Shown: positions 24,898-32,571 of the stretch, piece by piece
Position numbering within the stretch: position 1 is the first letter of the stretch
How the letters are laid out: each line of letters starts with the position of its first letter
IMG/VR virus record: IMGVR_UViG_3300026272_000002
Location: 1-39,138 of that record
DNA: 39,138 nt
Origin: a virus
Strand: one strand, 5' to 3'
Notes under the pieces: generated by a model
Seen by the model: the letters and a program-made list of their open reading frames with translations, nothing else
What the model was told of the DNA's origin: nothing
Databases searched by the model: none
Translations under genes and position numbers: made by a program

Positions 24898-26205
24898 TTA
24901 TGCGTAATTCATCTTTGGATACTTCAGAGGTGCCGACGTCCTTGGCGGTTCGTAACAGACGCACATAAGGCCGAACGCATCAGAACTGTGTGATGCCCAA
25001 TCGTGGTTAGGGCCGAGGCCGATATCACGCGTTTCATCGCGCTTTTCGTGATACCAGCCCAGCGCGTCAATGCCTGGCTGCGTCTTCTCTTGGTCGAACC
25101 AGATCGATGGGAACAGCCGGCGCGCAGCTTCAACGCGAAGCATCGCAGCACCTTTACCCTGATTCGGCACGACAGTGACCGTGTAGCCAGCGGCTTCAAA
25201 TGCTGACCGGTATGACACATCGATAACCTTGTCTTGCGTGTCGCCATCGTGTGGCAACCAGATTTCAGCCCGGTCAGGCGTGTAGCCCTGCGACCGCAAC
25301 CAGTTCAAGTGCGCGCCGATCGGCTGGCCCTGCTGCTCGTAGTGGTTTATTGCGCGTACTTCCATTCCGATAAATTGCGCAGCCCAGAAGACGAAGTTGT
25401 CAGCCTTGGCGCCGGTGCCGCCGATGTCAGCGAACAGCCGAATCTTCATCAACGGATCGGCAGCCACACGACTGATGCGGCCCTCCGCCTTGGCCGCGTT
25501 GATGCTGGCCGCAAAGTAAGCGCCAGTCATCGCGGTGACGTAATCTCCCTCCCAGACGTGCGGATATGAGTCAGGTCGCTCGATCAAATCGCGCTGCCTT
25601 TCTCGCTCCAGCTTGGCCGGAAATTTTGGATTGTCGCGCCAGTTCAGTTCGGCGATCTTGATCAGCGGGTCTTTCGAATACCTGAACCGGATCTCAACCG
25701 CGGCTGTCTTGCGCGCCGGGTTCCAAGTCACCCAAAGCTCTGCATTCCAGCCATCGCCCTCTTCCCGTAGCGTTGGGATGACGATGTTCCAAGCCTGGTC
25801 TGTGACCGGCTCGGCCTCGTCTACCCACAGTAGAAGAATCCGGCCCTTTGACTTGATGCTGGCGATGTTGCGATCCAAGCCAACAAACGTGAACCAAATG
25901 CGGCCATCGCGGCTTTTGATGTACGTCTCGCCGACGTCGTAATAATCCTTGAGGAATGGCTCATCCTCGATTGCCCGCTTGCACTCTTCCAGCGATGAAT
26001 CCGCCAGCGAGTTCATGAACTGCCGACCGCAAACAATCTGGCCGGTCACTCCCTGCATGCCGTAGATGTATCCACGAACTGCAGCCATCTTTGCAAAGCT
26101 GCGCGTCTTTGCCGACCCCCGCCCGCCGTAAGCACCACGAATGTCTGCTGGCCCGTCAAATATCTGGATCAGCTTCGGTGGAAGCTCAATTCGTGCTGTT
26201 GCCAC
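24898..26205 (-). CDS. terL: Terminase large subunit
   Basis: Walker A-like GGRGSAKTRSF near the N-terminus and a WVDEAE Walker B-like motif. It is 435 aa. The GTG start overlaps the terS end by 20 nt. Confidence 0.88.
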   Translation of the reverse strand: MATARIELPPKLIQIFDGPADIRGAYGGRGSAKTRSFAKMAAVRGYIYGMQGVTGQIVCGRQFMNSLADSSLEECKRAIEDEPFLKDYYDVGETYIKSRDGRIWFTFVGLDRNIASIKSKGRILLLWVDEAEPVTDQAWNIVIPTLREEGDGWNAELWVTWNPARKTAAVEIRFRYSKDPLIKIAELNWRDNPKFPAKLERERQRDLIERPDSYPHVWEGDYVTAMTGAYFAASINAAKAEGRISRVAADPLMKIRLFADIGGTGAKADNFVFWAAQFIGMEVRAINHYEQQGQPIGAHLNWLRSQGYTPDRAEIWLPHDGDTQDKVIDVSYRSAFEAAGYTVTVVPNQGKGAAMLRVEAARRLFPSIWFDQEKTQPGIDALGWYHEKRDETRDIGLGPNHDWASHSSDAFGLMCVCYEPPRTSAPLKYPKMNYA

Positions 26206-26512
26206 TCATGCCAACCAGTTCAACGCGTGTGACAGTCTCGACCGGGCCGCCACCCTTGCCGGACACTTCAATACTCGCCAGCTTCGCATGCACATAAGGC
26301 GCAGCAGCCTGGGCAGCAGTAAGGCGCGTGCGCGGTTCCTCAGCGACGTCACGCATCACGGACAGCAGATACTCAAGCGGCGTCTGGCCGGATTCCTCGA
26401 CGGCCTTCTGCAACTCAGCGGTGCGCTTGTTCGGGACGTCCTTCTTCCGACCTGCGCCTTCACGCTTACCGCCGCGACCTCCTTTGATAGGATTTGATAA
26501 TTTTTCAGACAT
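26186..26512 (-). CDS. terS: Terminase small subunit
   Basis: ATG 26512 follows AAGGA. The sequence GGRGGKREGAGRKKDVPNKRTAELQKAVEESGQTPLEYLLSVMRD is typical of small terminases. The longer track ORF (to 26575) would run through the terminator. Confidence 0.75.
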   Translation of the reverse strand: MSEKLSNPIKGGRGGKREGAGRKKDVPNKRTAELQKAVEESGQTPLEYLLSVMRDVAEEPRTRLTAAQAAAPYVHAKLASIEVSGKGGGPVETVTRVELVGMSGNSTN

Positions 26513-26539
26513 AGTTGGATTCCTTGCGGATTGTCCAGA

Positions 26540-26573
26540 AATAAAAAAGCCCGCGACCTTGTGGGCAGCGGGC
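26540..26573 (-). terminator. Rho-independent terminator T2 upstream of terS
   Basis: The minus strand reads GCCCGC-13 nt-GCGGGC followed by TTTTTTATTT. Confidence 0.7.
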
Positions 26574-26611
26574 AAGTCCGTCGGGAGGATGGAGGAGGAG
26601 ACTCAGAACGC

Positions 26612-26644
26612 AAAAAAGCCCCGACTCAGCGAAGAATCGAGGCT
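26612..26644 (-). terminator. Rho-independent terminator T1 upstream of terS
   Basis: The minus strand reads AAGCCTCGA-12 nt-TCGGGGCTT (9 bp with one G-U pair) followed by a T-run. Confidence 0.65.
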
Positions 26645-26684
26645 TTACAAAATTTTGGAGGCAATAATCCCGCCTTCGAAGCGA

Positions 26685-26713
26685 ACAATATCAATCCGAA
26701 TGATTTTCCGCAA
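26685..26713 (-). promoter_or_regulatory. Candidate late promoter (TTGCGG-17 nt-TATTGT)
   Basis: These hexamers were read on the minus strand just after the Q-like gene stop and about 35 nt upstream of T1. Confidence 0.35.
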
Positions 26714-26717
26714 GTGG

Positions 26718-27113
26718 TCAAAACAAATAACTTGTGACTTCTTTGCTACGCAGGATTCTCGCCAGCTCTATCTTGGCTGCGTTGTACTCAGTCGTCAGGT
26801 CGGCGAAGTTGTACTGCCACACTTGCCCTATGCCAATTACCTTGTAGACCGCCCACTTCTGGCGCTTGCTCAGCGAGTCGATCGCCGCGTCAGTTACCGC
26901 CCCGACCTTCGTATCCTGGGCAAGCTGGGCCTCGTTCGTGTCGTTCCCGTAGCCGTCTTGGTTGCTGGCGAGTCCGCTCATGACCTTGGCCTTGAGGCTG
27001 TCGACGCCCTTGCCGCCCATGTAGAACTTCCAGCATTCGAGGCAATATCCCACCGGGTCAGGCCGGATTGGTTCGTAGCGCTGGTATTCCTCTTTGGGGA
27101 CGCGCCTCAGCAT
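26718..27113 (-). CDS. Putative late-gene antiterminator (Q-like), 131 aa
   Basis: It is the last early gene, immediately before the promoter and tandem-terminator region. Its layout is loosely similar to phage-82/21-type Q proteins (CxxCW... then TDAAIDSLSKRQKWAVYKVIGIG). The assignment is mostly positional. Confidence 0.45.
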   Translation of the reverse strand: MLRRVPKEEYQRYEPIRPDPVGYCLECWKFYMGGKGVDSLKAKVMSGLASNQDGYGNDTNEAQLAQDTKVGAVTDAAIDSLSKRQKWAVYKVIGIGQVWQYNFADLTTEYNAAKIELARILRSKEVTSYLF

Positions 27114-27403
27114 GCTTTCTCCTGATCTTGGATATGGCGCTTAACGGCTTCGTTGGCGACGTCCGCAAGGCCGCTAATGTGGTCTTTCTTTGAATATATC
27201 GTGTGGAGCTCATGAATCTTCAAACTTGATTTCGGATAAACACGCTTTGGTTTTACGCGAAAATTACCGGACGATACAGTCTCAAAAATCATCAAGCTAT
27301 TTACTTTCTCCCAAGCGTCTGGCGTAAAAGGGCTGCTGTATTCGACCTCAGCACCATCTATAAATTCCTTGATTGCCTCTGCGTATTTGTACGGCTTTCC
27401 CAT
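27107..27403 (-). CDS. Hypothetical protein (98 aa)
   Basis: ATG after an AGGAGGA RBS. Confidence 0.65.
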   Translation of the reverse strand: MGKPYKYAEAIKEFIDGAEVEYSSPFTPDAWEKVNSLMIFETVSSGNFRVKPKRVYPKSSLKIHELHTIYSKKDHISGLADVANEAVKRHIQDQEKAC

Positions 27404-27415
27404 GCTTCCTCCTGA

Positions 27416-27763
27416 TTAAGATGCCAGGCCAATACGGCGCAGAAAACCACCAGGCTTATTCTCTGGATCCACATGCACCACGGTGATACTGCCGGCGCGC
27501 GGCGGCATCTGGAACTGATACGCCGCGTCCATCTGCAACAATTCCTTGATCAGTTCCGGAATCGCATCGCGCATCTCATGGGGCATCTCGGAGAAGTTGA
27601 CGCAGTGCATCGCCGACAGGATCTGATACGTTTCCGTGCCTTTGACTTGGATATTCATCAGACCGGCTACCTTATCAATTGCGGTGATATCCAGATAACC
27701 ACGGCGCATCATGTGATTTAGGCTCGTCATTGCCGCAACGTTTTTCAGGTTCTCTTTGTCCAT
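27416..27763 (-). CDS. Hypothetical protein (115 aa)
   Basis: ATG after a GGGAGGA RBS. Confidence 0.65.
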   Translation of the reverse strand: MDKENLKNVAAMTSLNHMMRRGYLDITAIDKVAGLMNIQVKGTETYQILSAMHCVNFSEMPHEMRDAIPELIKELLQMDAAYQFQMPPRAGSITVVHVDPENKPGGFLRRIGLAS

Positions 27764-27859
27764 TTATTCCTCCCAATCCATCAATTCATCAAACACGATC
27801 GCGAATGCCGCGCCAAGGCATATCAGGAAGATTGCGGCGCCCATGAGGATGGCGATCAT
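27764..27859 (-). CDS. Micro-ORF, 31-aa single hydrophobic helix (MIAILMGAAIFLICLGAAFAIVFDELMDWEE)
   Basis: Hand translated. It has an ATGA overlap with the upstream stop, and its TAA is directly followed by the next ATG. It is below the track cutoff. Confidence 0.5.
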   Translation of the reverse strand: MIAILMGAAIFLICLGAAFAIVFDELMDWEE

Positions 27860-28077
27860 TTGCAGGGCTCCAGTAGATTGCCGGAGAAACCAGTTCCAGC
27901 TGCATCAGCCGGAATATATGGAATGGCAACCCATCTTTCTTGGCCTGCGCTGTCCTTCCACAGCTGCTGGACTTCAAACCAATTTGGTGAATGCCGGTGG
28001 TAAAGGCATCTCAACTGCACCGTTGGCGCGAACTCTGCGATCGCCTCTTTCAGCTTCTCTTCGTTGTGGTTGCTCAT
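27856..28077 (-). CDS. Hypothetical protein (73 aa)
   Basis: ATG 28077 forms a TGATG overlap with the upstream micro-ORF. GTG 28080 is an alternative start. Confidence 0.6.
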   Translation of the reverse strand: MSNHNEEKLKEAIAEFAPTVQLRCLYHRHSPNWFEVQQLWKDSAGQERWVAIPYIPADAAGTGFSGNLLEPCK

Positions 28078-28184
28078 CACCCCTCCCTCTTCTCAATCCA
28101 GACTGCCAATGAACACAGATGCCCTACCAGCCAGTACAGGCCGATGCAGATCAGCATGCCGATGATTCGGAGTAGGCGTTTCAT
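28077..28184 (-). CDS. Micro-ORF, 35-aa single hydrophobic helix (MKRLLRIIGMLICIGLYWLVGHLCSLAVWIEKREG)
   Basis: Hand translated. It has an ATGA overlap upstream and a TGATG overlap downstream. Confidence 0.5.
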   Translation of the reverse strand: MKRLLRIIGMLICIGLYWLVGHLCSLAVWIEKREG

Positions 28185-28522
28185 GGCGCACCAACACATT
28201 TCTGTAGACGGGCGATCAGCGCGGCAAGATCAGCCTGTTCCCAGACAGCAAAAAGTTGGTCAGCGTCAAAACTGCCATCACGGCCCATGCAGTTCATATC
28301 TACTGCAGCAGAACCACCTTCTTCCATCAATTGGCATGCATCGAAGAATTCATCGCTTCCTGCGCCTTCGACGGCATCTACGATTTCCTGTACCAAGAAG
28401 TCGCCACACTCAGGCCATGTGTCGCCTTTGATCTGAGGAACCTCAAAAACGCAAGGATGGTATTTACTGAACAGCACGCCGGACGGCATTGACAAAAATG
28501 TCTTTCTGTTGACGATCTTCAT
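28181..28522 (-). CDS. Hypothetical acidic protein (113 aa)
   Basis: ORF starting directly after the upstream stop. Confidence 0.65.
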   Translation of the reverse strand: MKIVNRKTFLSMPSGVLFSKYHPCVFEVPQIKGDTWPECGDFLVQEIVDAVEGAGSDEFFDACQLMEEGGSAAVDMNCMGRDGSFDADQLFAVWEQADLAALIARLQKCVGAP

Positions 28523-28846
28523 TTAAACCATCCTCGTCTCTTCGTTCCGCGCCGCCTCGCACTGGCGCTGGAAGGTTGAAATGTCCAAGATGCCGAGGGG
28601 CTTGAACTCCTGAATGCGCGGCCCGGCTTGCGGTGTTGGCTCTACGTAATCAGGATTCAGCCGGTACACTTTCGACGGCCCAGCATTCAGACGAAGCACC
28701 ACGCCGCGGTCGATCAGCCAGATAAACAGATCGCGGATCGTCTTGGGCGAGCAGCCGAACGACTTGGACAGCCCTTGCACGGTGTAGTCCTCGCCGTCGC
28801 TCAGGGCTTCAACCAGCATCGCTTCGGTTACTTTCTTTTTTGGCAT
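28523..28846 (-). CDS. Winged-helix DNA-binding-like protein (107 aa)
   Basis: YTVQGLSKSFGCSPKTIRDLFIWLIDRGVVLRL resembles a wHTH. GGGAGA RBS upstream. Confidence 0.6.
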   Translation of the reverse strand: MPKKKVTEAMLVEALSDGEDYTVQGLSKSFGCSPKTIRDLFIWLIDRGVVLRLNAGPSKVYRLNPDYVEPTPQAGPRIQEFKPLGILDISTFQRQCEAARNEETRMV

Positions 28847-28885
28847 TTCAATCTCCCTTGCTGCCCGGCGAACCGGGCGGCGGCG

Positions 28886-29188
28886 TTACACTACTATCCA
28901 GTCCTCGGCGAGAACATCATTGACGCCTGGTACCCAAGTGCTGACCGTGTTGTCCACGTTCTTGATCGCCAGATACGCGTTGTAAGGCACCAGTGAGCCT
29001 TCGCCGAAGTGGGACTTGGCCGCACCCGTCTGCACCGGGTAGGATGCTGCTGGAACGTGGTAGACAAACATGCCTTTGCCATTCCAGCCTGCACGTGCGA
29101 GTTTCACACCGGCTTTTAGCCACGCCAATGCAAAACTGAAATCGCCTTTTACATTTCCGCTTTCATTACTTTGGGCTGGATCATTCAT
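28886..29188 (-). CDS. DUF2829-family protein (Tad2-like candidate anti-Thoeris sponge)
   Basis: FSFALAWLKAGVKLARAGWNGKGMFVY ... YLAIK ... WVPGVNDVLAEDWIVV matches the characteristic DUF2829 pattern (G-x-K-x-x-R-x-G-W-N-G-K-G-M ... D-x-L-A-x-D-W). Confidence 0.75.
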   Translation of the reverse strand: MNDPAQSNESGNVKGDFSFALAWLKAGVKLARAGWNGKGMFVYHVPAASYPVQTGAAKSHFGEGSLVPYNAYLAIKNVDNTVSTWVPGVNDVLAEDWIVV

Positions 29189-29219
29189 TTCACTTCTCCT
29201 GTGGTTGGTGCTGCTTGGT

Positions 29220-29864
29220 TTATGCTGCTTCGATACGCTTGAATGCTTCTTCCGGTGCGAGATCTGAGGCTTGCCGCATCTCGATCAGCGGAGCGTTCGT
29301 TCCGCCGAGTTGCACCTGCTTAGCCTTTGTCTCGTTGCCGATCAGGATCGGTTTCTGCATGCTGAAACCTTCCTTGCCGTTGTGCGCGTTGGCGATGCCG
29401 GTCAGGACAGGCTGGTACTCAGGAACCTCGCCGCGCATCCGGTAGCCCTGATAGCGCGTGCGGAACTGGTTTCCTGTGAACTGCCACTCGTCCTCGGTGA
29501 TCGTGCCGAAATTGATCCAGCCGCCCATATCCGCGATCACCCGATGCACGATTGGGTCGTCAAACACGACGTCCTGATACGTCCCGATGCGGCGCAGCGC
29601 AGAATCGACCTTGGACCAAGCGATCGCGGCCTGATCGACCGTCCTGCCCTGCAGGTTCCGCGTGACGTCAGCAATCTTCGGCATAAACTGCCCGTTGTCC
29701 GGGTTCTGCGTGTGTTCCCACAACGCTTTCTCGACGGCCTGGATGTCGTACTGCTTCAAGCCCTGCCAGTACAGCCCAATGACTGCCGGCGCCAGCGTCT
29801 TGCCGTAGTAGTCCGCGATGCCGGTCAGCAGCGTCGCAAATCGAGTTTTGTCCGTGTCATGCAT
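29220..29864 (-). CDS. Replication-associated protein (214 aa; helicase-loader-type role inferred from position)
   Basis: ATG 29864 overlaps the upstream stop by 8 nt. The N-terminal extension in the track ORF is Arg/Gln junk. Confidence 0.6.
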   Translation of the reverse strand: MHDTDKTRFATLLTGIADYYGKTLAPAVIGLYWQGLKQYDIQAVEKALWEHTQNPDNGQFMPKIADVTRNLQGRTVDQAAIAWSKVDSALRRIGTYQDVVFDDPIVHRVIADMGGWINFGTITEDEWQFTGNQFRTRYQGYRMRGEVPEYQPVLTGIANAHNGKEGFSMQKPILIGNETKAKQVQLGGTNAPLIEMRQASDLAPEEAFKRIEAA

Positions 29865-30663
29865 TCGATCCCTCCAGCCATTGTTGTGCCGCTGCTGCTG
29901 TTGCCTGCCCCGCCTTGCCGAGTTGCGATCCGGGCGCCGACGATCCATGCGCCTGTTGCTGCTGCCCCAGCTTCGCCCAGTCGTCGCTAATGGCGTTGCG
30001 CAAGGCAGCGTCCCAGTCGGCATAGACGTAGCCCTTGGCCTTCACCTTGTCGATGAACGATGCGAAGTGGCGATCCAGGTTCTGCACTCGGTTGTTCGTA
30101 GCCCAGGCTTGGACCTGTTCCGAAATGCAAAAGCCGTCAGGCAAAGGAGTGGTTGCGGATTTGCGTGTTCGCTTCGGCGCAGCCGGAGCAGGCGCTTGCG
30201 CCGCACTCCCCTGCAATCCGGAATCAGGATTCAATGAAGAGGGTTTCAGGAAGGGGGAATCAGCCGGAGCAGTTCCGTTTTTATCTGGATTGTTCTGGAT
30301 ACCGCTAGAACCCGCGCCAATACTGGATGCTTGGTCGAAGTCAGGAATATCACTGCCGGACTCCCGCTCGTTCTTGTGCGGGTTCTGGTGCTGCTCGAAC
30401 TTGATGATTTTGATGTAGCGCTGTCCTGCTACGGTATAAATCGCGATTAATCCAGATTTATCCAGATCACTCGCGATCTTTTCGAAATCGCAATCGTCGT
30501 AAGGCATCAACTGCACCTTCAAACGCTTCGGGCGGAACTCGATACAGCCCTTGTAATCTGCGATCGTCCACATGCCAATGAAGGCTAGGCGAGTGATTGG
30601 GGATAGTTCGCCCAATTCCTCATTCTGGAAGAAAGACGGCTTGATGTTGCGTGCGCGTGCCAT
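29857..30663 (-). CDS. Replication initiator / replisome-organizer-like protein (268 aa) containing putative ori iterons
   Basis: ATG 30663 forms a TAATG overlap. The N-terminus ARARNIKPSFFQNEELGELSPITRLAFIGMWTIADYKG is typical of phage replication-organizer N-domains. Iterons lie inside the gene. Confidence 0.65.
   Translation of the reverse strand: MARARNIKPSFFQNEELGELSPITRLAFIGMWTIADYKGCIEFRPKRLKVQLMPYDDCDFEKIASDLDKSGLIAIYTVAGQRYIKIIKFEQHQNPHKNERESGSDIPDFDQASSIGAGSSGIQNNPDKNGTAPADSPFLKPSSLNPDSGLQGSAAQAPAPAAPKRTRKSATTPLPDGFCISEQVQAWATNNRVQNLDRHFASFIDKVKAKGYVYADWDAALRNAISDDWAKLGQQQQAHGSSAPGSQLGKAGQATAAAAQQWLEGSNA
30283..30467. repeat. Putative origin iterons: ATCCAGAT in two inverted pairs with 10-bp phasing
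   Basis: Copies are atctggat 30283-90, ttctggat 30293-300, atccagat 30450-57 and atccagat 30460-67. The second pair is flanked by TCGCGAT at 30441-47 and 30471-77. Confidence 0.5.
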
Positions 30664-30989
30664 TACTCGCCTGCCTTCGTATTTAAGACTGCCTTGACGA
30701 AGCGGATCGCCTCGCCATTCATCACCGCGCCACCGTGGAATCGAAAGATCGACCAGCCAAGGCGCTGCGCTTCGTTGTATTTCTCCAAGTCGGCGATATA
30801 GCCCGATCCGCGTGTATGCCGGCCTTGAGTCCATACGCCACCCTCACACTCGACCGCGATCATGCGATCAGGAAAAGCGAAGTCAAAACGCCATTTACGT
30901 GTCGGGTGAAACTTGAATTCGCGCACCGGCGCCAGCTTCTCGGCGCGGCAGTGCATGGCGAACACGGCTTCAATTTGGCTCTCAGCCAT
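30663..30989 (-). CDS. Vsr/DUF559-like endonuclease-fold protein (108 aa)
   Basis: The pattern EFKFHPTRKWRFDFAFPDRMIAVECEGGVWTQGRHTRGSGYIADLEKYNEAQRLGWSIFRF fits the D...E-x-E/K restriction-endonuclease-like core of DUF559/Vsr-type proteins. Confidence 0.6.
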   Translation of the reverse strand: MAESQIEAVFAMHCRAEKLAPVREFKFHPTRKWRFDFAFPDRMIAVECEGGVWTQGRHTRGSGYIADLEKYNEAQRLGWSIFRFHGGAVMNGEAIRFVKAVLNTKAGE

Positions 30990-31308
30990 TGGAGATCTCC
31001 AATTTCTTATGCGTGTCCGCGATATAGCGCACCGTGCGCTCGTCGGCCTCAGCCTTCGATACGCCGATCAGACGGTCGTGTTTTGCGTGGCAGCCGTATT
31101 CACCTGGGCGCGTGCAGCACAGCGGGAATGTGTTCAGGTAGTGCGCCTTGAGGCCGAGGCCCTTGCCGTCGATTGAGCGGTTGGAGTGGGCACACTGGCT
31201 ATAGCCTTCGATACCGCACTCAGCGCATGGGAGTGCGGCAACGCGCTTGAAGTGAGCAAGTTCATGGGCACGGATAGCCTTGCGGCGGGTGCGGAGGAAT
31301 GAAGTCAT
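30982..31308 (-). CDS. Cys/His-rich (HNH/DUF968-like) putative nuclease (108 aa)
   Basis: LPCAECG...QCAHSN...PLCCTRPGEYGCHAKHD is a zinc/HNH-like arrangement. Confidence 0.5.
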   Translation of the reverse strand: MTSFLRTRRKAIRAHELAHFKRVAALPCAECGIEGYSQCAHSNRSIDGKGLGLKAHYLNTFPLCCTRPGEYGCHAKHDRLIGVSKAEADERTVRYIADTHKKLEISNG

Positions 31309-31739
31309 TTCGGCTCCTGAAACTCGAGCCGGACACCGAGCGGCAGAAAATGTGCCTGCATGGCTTCAGCAAAAGCGCTCAGCTGCCGGGTTGTCATCAG
31401 CGATGTGACCGGCCAATGTTTCATCGCTACAAGCTTGCGCTCATAGGTCATTCCCTTGATTGATCCGTCATAGGCAGCGCGGTATTCTTCATCTTCAGCG
31501 CGCAGAATAGGCACGCCGAAATGCAGTTTGCAGAAGCACTTCCACCCCAGCGCGTCGTCCTCGCGCAGCTCGCGCGCAAGCTGTTCATACCAGCAGTGAA
31601 TTGTTGCGTTCTGATCCAGTGAACGATCTTTCCCTGTTTTAAGGTTGATCTTCAAATAGCGATGCGCGCCGAATTCCTCACGGATGACGCCCATTGCATG
31701 CTGGAATGATTCGGCACTGTTGACCAAAAGCGCGCTCAT
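31305..31739 (-). CDS. ninB: NinB-like recombination protein
   Basis: KTGKDRSLDQNATIHCWYEQLAREL... matches the R-S-x-x-Q-N signature of the NinB/Orf family. Confidence 0.7.
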   Translation of the reverse strand: MSALLVNSAESFQHAMGVIREEFGAHRYLKINLKTGKDRSLDQNATIHCWYEQLARELREDDALGWKCFCKLHFGVPILRAEDEEYRAAYDGSIKGMTYERKLVAMKHWPVTSLMTTRQLSAFAEAMQAHFLPLGVRLEFQEPK

Positions 31740-32506
31740 GCAAATATCTCCTGCTGGAAACCGGCCTTGATGGCGTCCTTAATTCGGTTGCAGGCGATAT
31801 CCACATATGGATAGTGCGAGTCGATCCCGATAAACTTGCGGCCCGTCTGGATGCAGGCGACGCCGGTGGTGCCGCTGCCCATTGTGTTGTCGAGTACCGT
31901 CTGACCAGGGCATGTATAAGTACTGATAAGAAATTTCATCAGCTCGACCGGCTTTTGTGTTGGGTGATAGCTGGCGAACTGTTTATCGCTGGAAAAGAAT
32001 TGAACGGTGCGTGGATAGCGATCCGTTGAATCGTATTCTGTGTTCACCATAGCTTTGCCGTAGCATTCGGAATTCACCGCGCGTCGCTTAGTCTTCTGGC
32101 GCTTGTGGCCGCTAGTCATCTGTGGGTTGTAGACTGGTTGCTTGCGGTAGAACACAAGTACTGATTCATGGGCGCGCAGCGGCTGCTTTCTGGCGTTCAG
32201 AAAACCGGTTGCGTTCCCTTTCTCCCAGATCCACTCATAGCGGAAAAGCTCCGGCCTGCTCGACACCAGCGCAGAGGTAAACGGCTGCATCGCGGTCAGT
32301 ACTATCGCGGCATCTTCCTTGGCAACGCGGCAGTACTGTTCCCACAACGGGGCCAGCGGAATGACGCTATCCCATGCACATTCGGTTGTGCCGTATGGCA
32401 GATCGGCCAGGATCATATCCACCGATGAATCAGGAAGGCAGCGCATTGCCTCGATGCTGTCGGCATAATGAATAATTACGTCGGTACCGATATTCATCGC
32501 GCTCAT
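31736..32506 (-). CDS. Orphan DNA methyltransferase (N6-A/N4-C, beta-class)
   Basis: Motif IV ILADLPYGT precedes motif I VLDNTMGSGTTGVA. No cognate endonuclease is adjacent. ATG 32506 forms an ATGA overlap with a micro-ORF. Confidence 0.85.
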   Translation of the reverse strand: MSAMNIGTDVIIHYADSIEAMRCLPDSSVDMILADLPYGTTECAWDSVIPLAPLWEQYCRVAKEDAAIVLTAMQPFTSALVSSRPELFRYEWIWEKGNATGFLNARKQPLRAHESVLVFYRKQPVYNPQMTSGHKRQKTKRRAVNSECYGKAMVNTEYDSTDRYPRTVQFFSSDKQFASYHPTQKPVELMKFLISTYTCPGQTVLDNTMGSGTTGVACIQTGRKFIGIDSHYPYVDIACNRIKDAIKAGFQQEIFA

Positions 32507-32571
32507 GCGAACCACGCAATCAGAAATAGAATTACGCCAGCCAGGAGGAAGCAAAGAGGGAGGGTATCCAT
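32503..32571 (-). CDS. Micro-ORF, 22-aa hydrophobic peptide (MDTLPLCFLLAGVILFLIAWFA)
   Basis: Hand translated. It is coupled on both sides, with a TGATG overlap to the CII-like stop and an ATGA overlap to the methyltransferase start. Confidence 0.5.
   Translation of the reverse strand: MDTLPLCFLLAGVILFLIAWFA

Noticed and set aside
29271-30418. Plus-strand ORFs of 127-239 aa
   Set aside because: They lie antisense to the two replication genes, whose own starts are fixed by overlapping stop/start codons.
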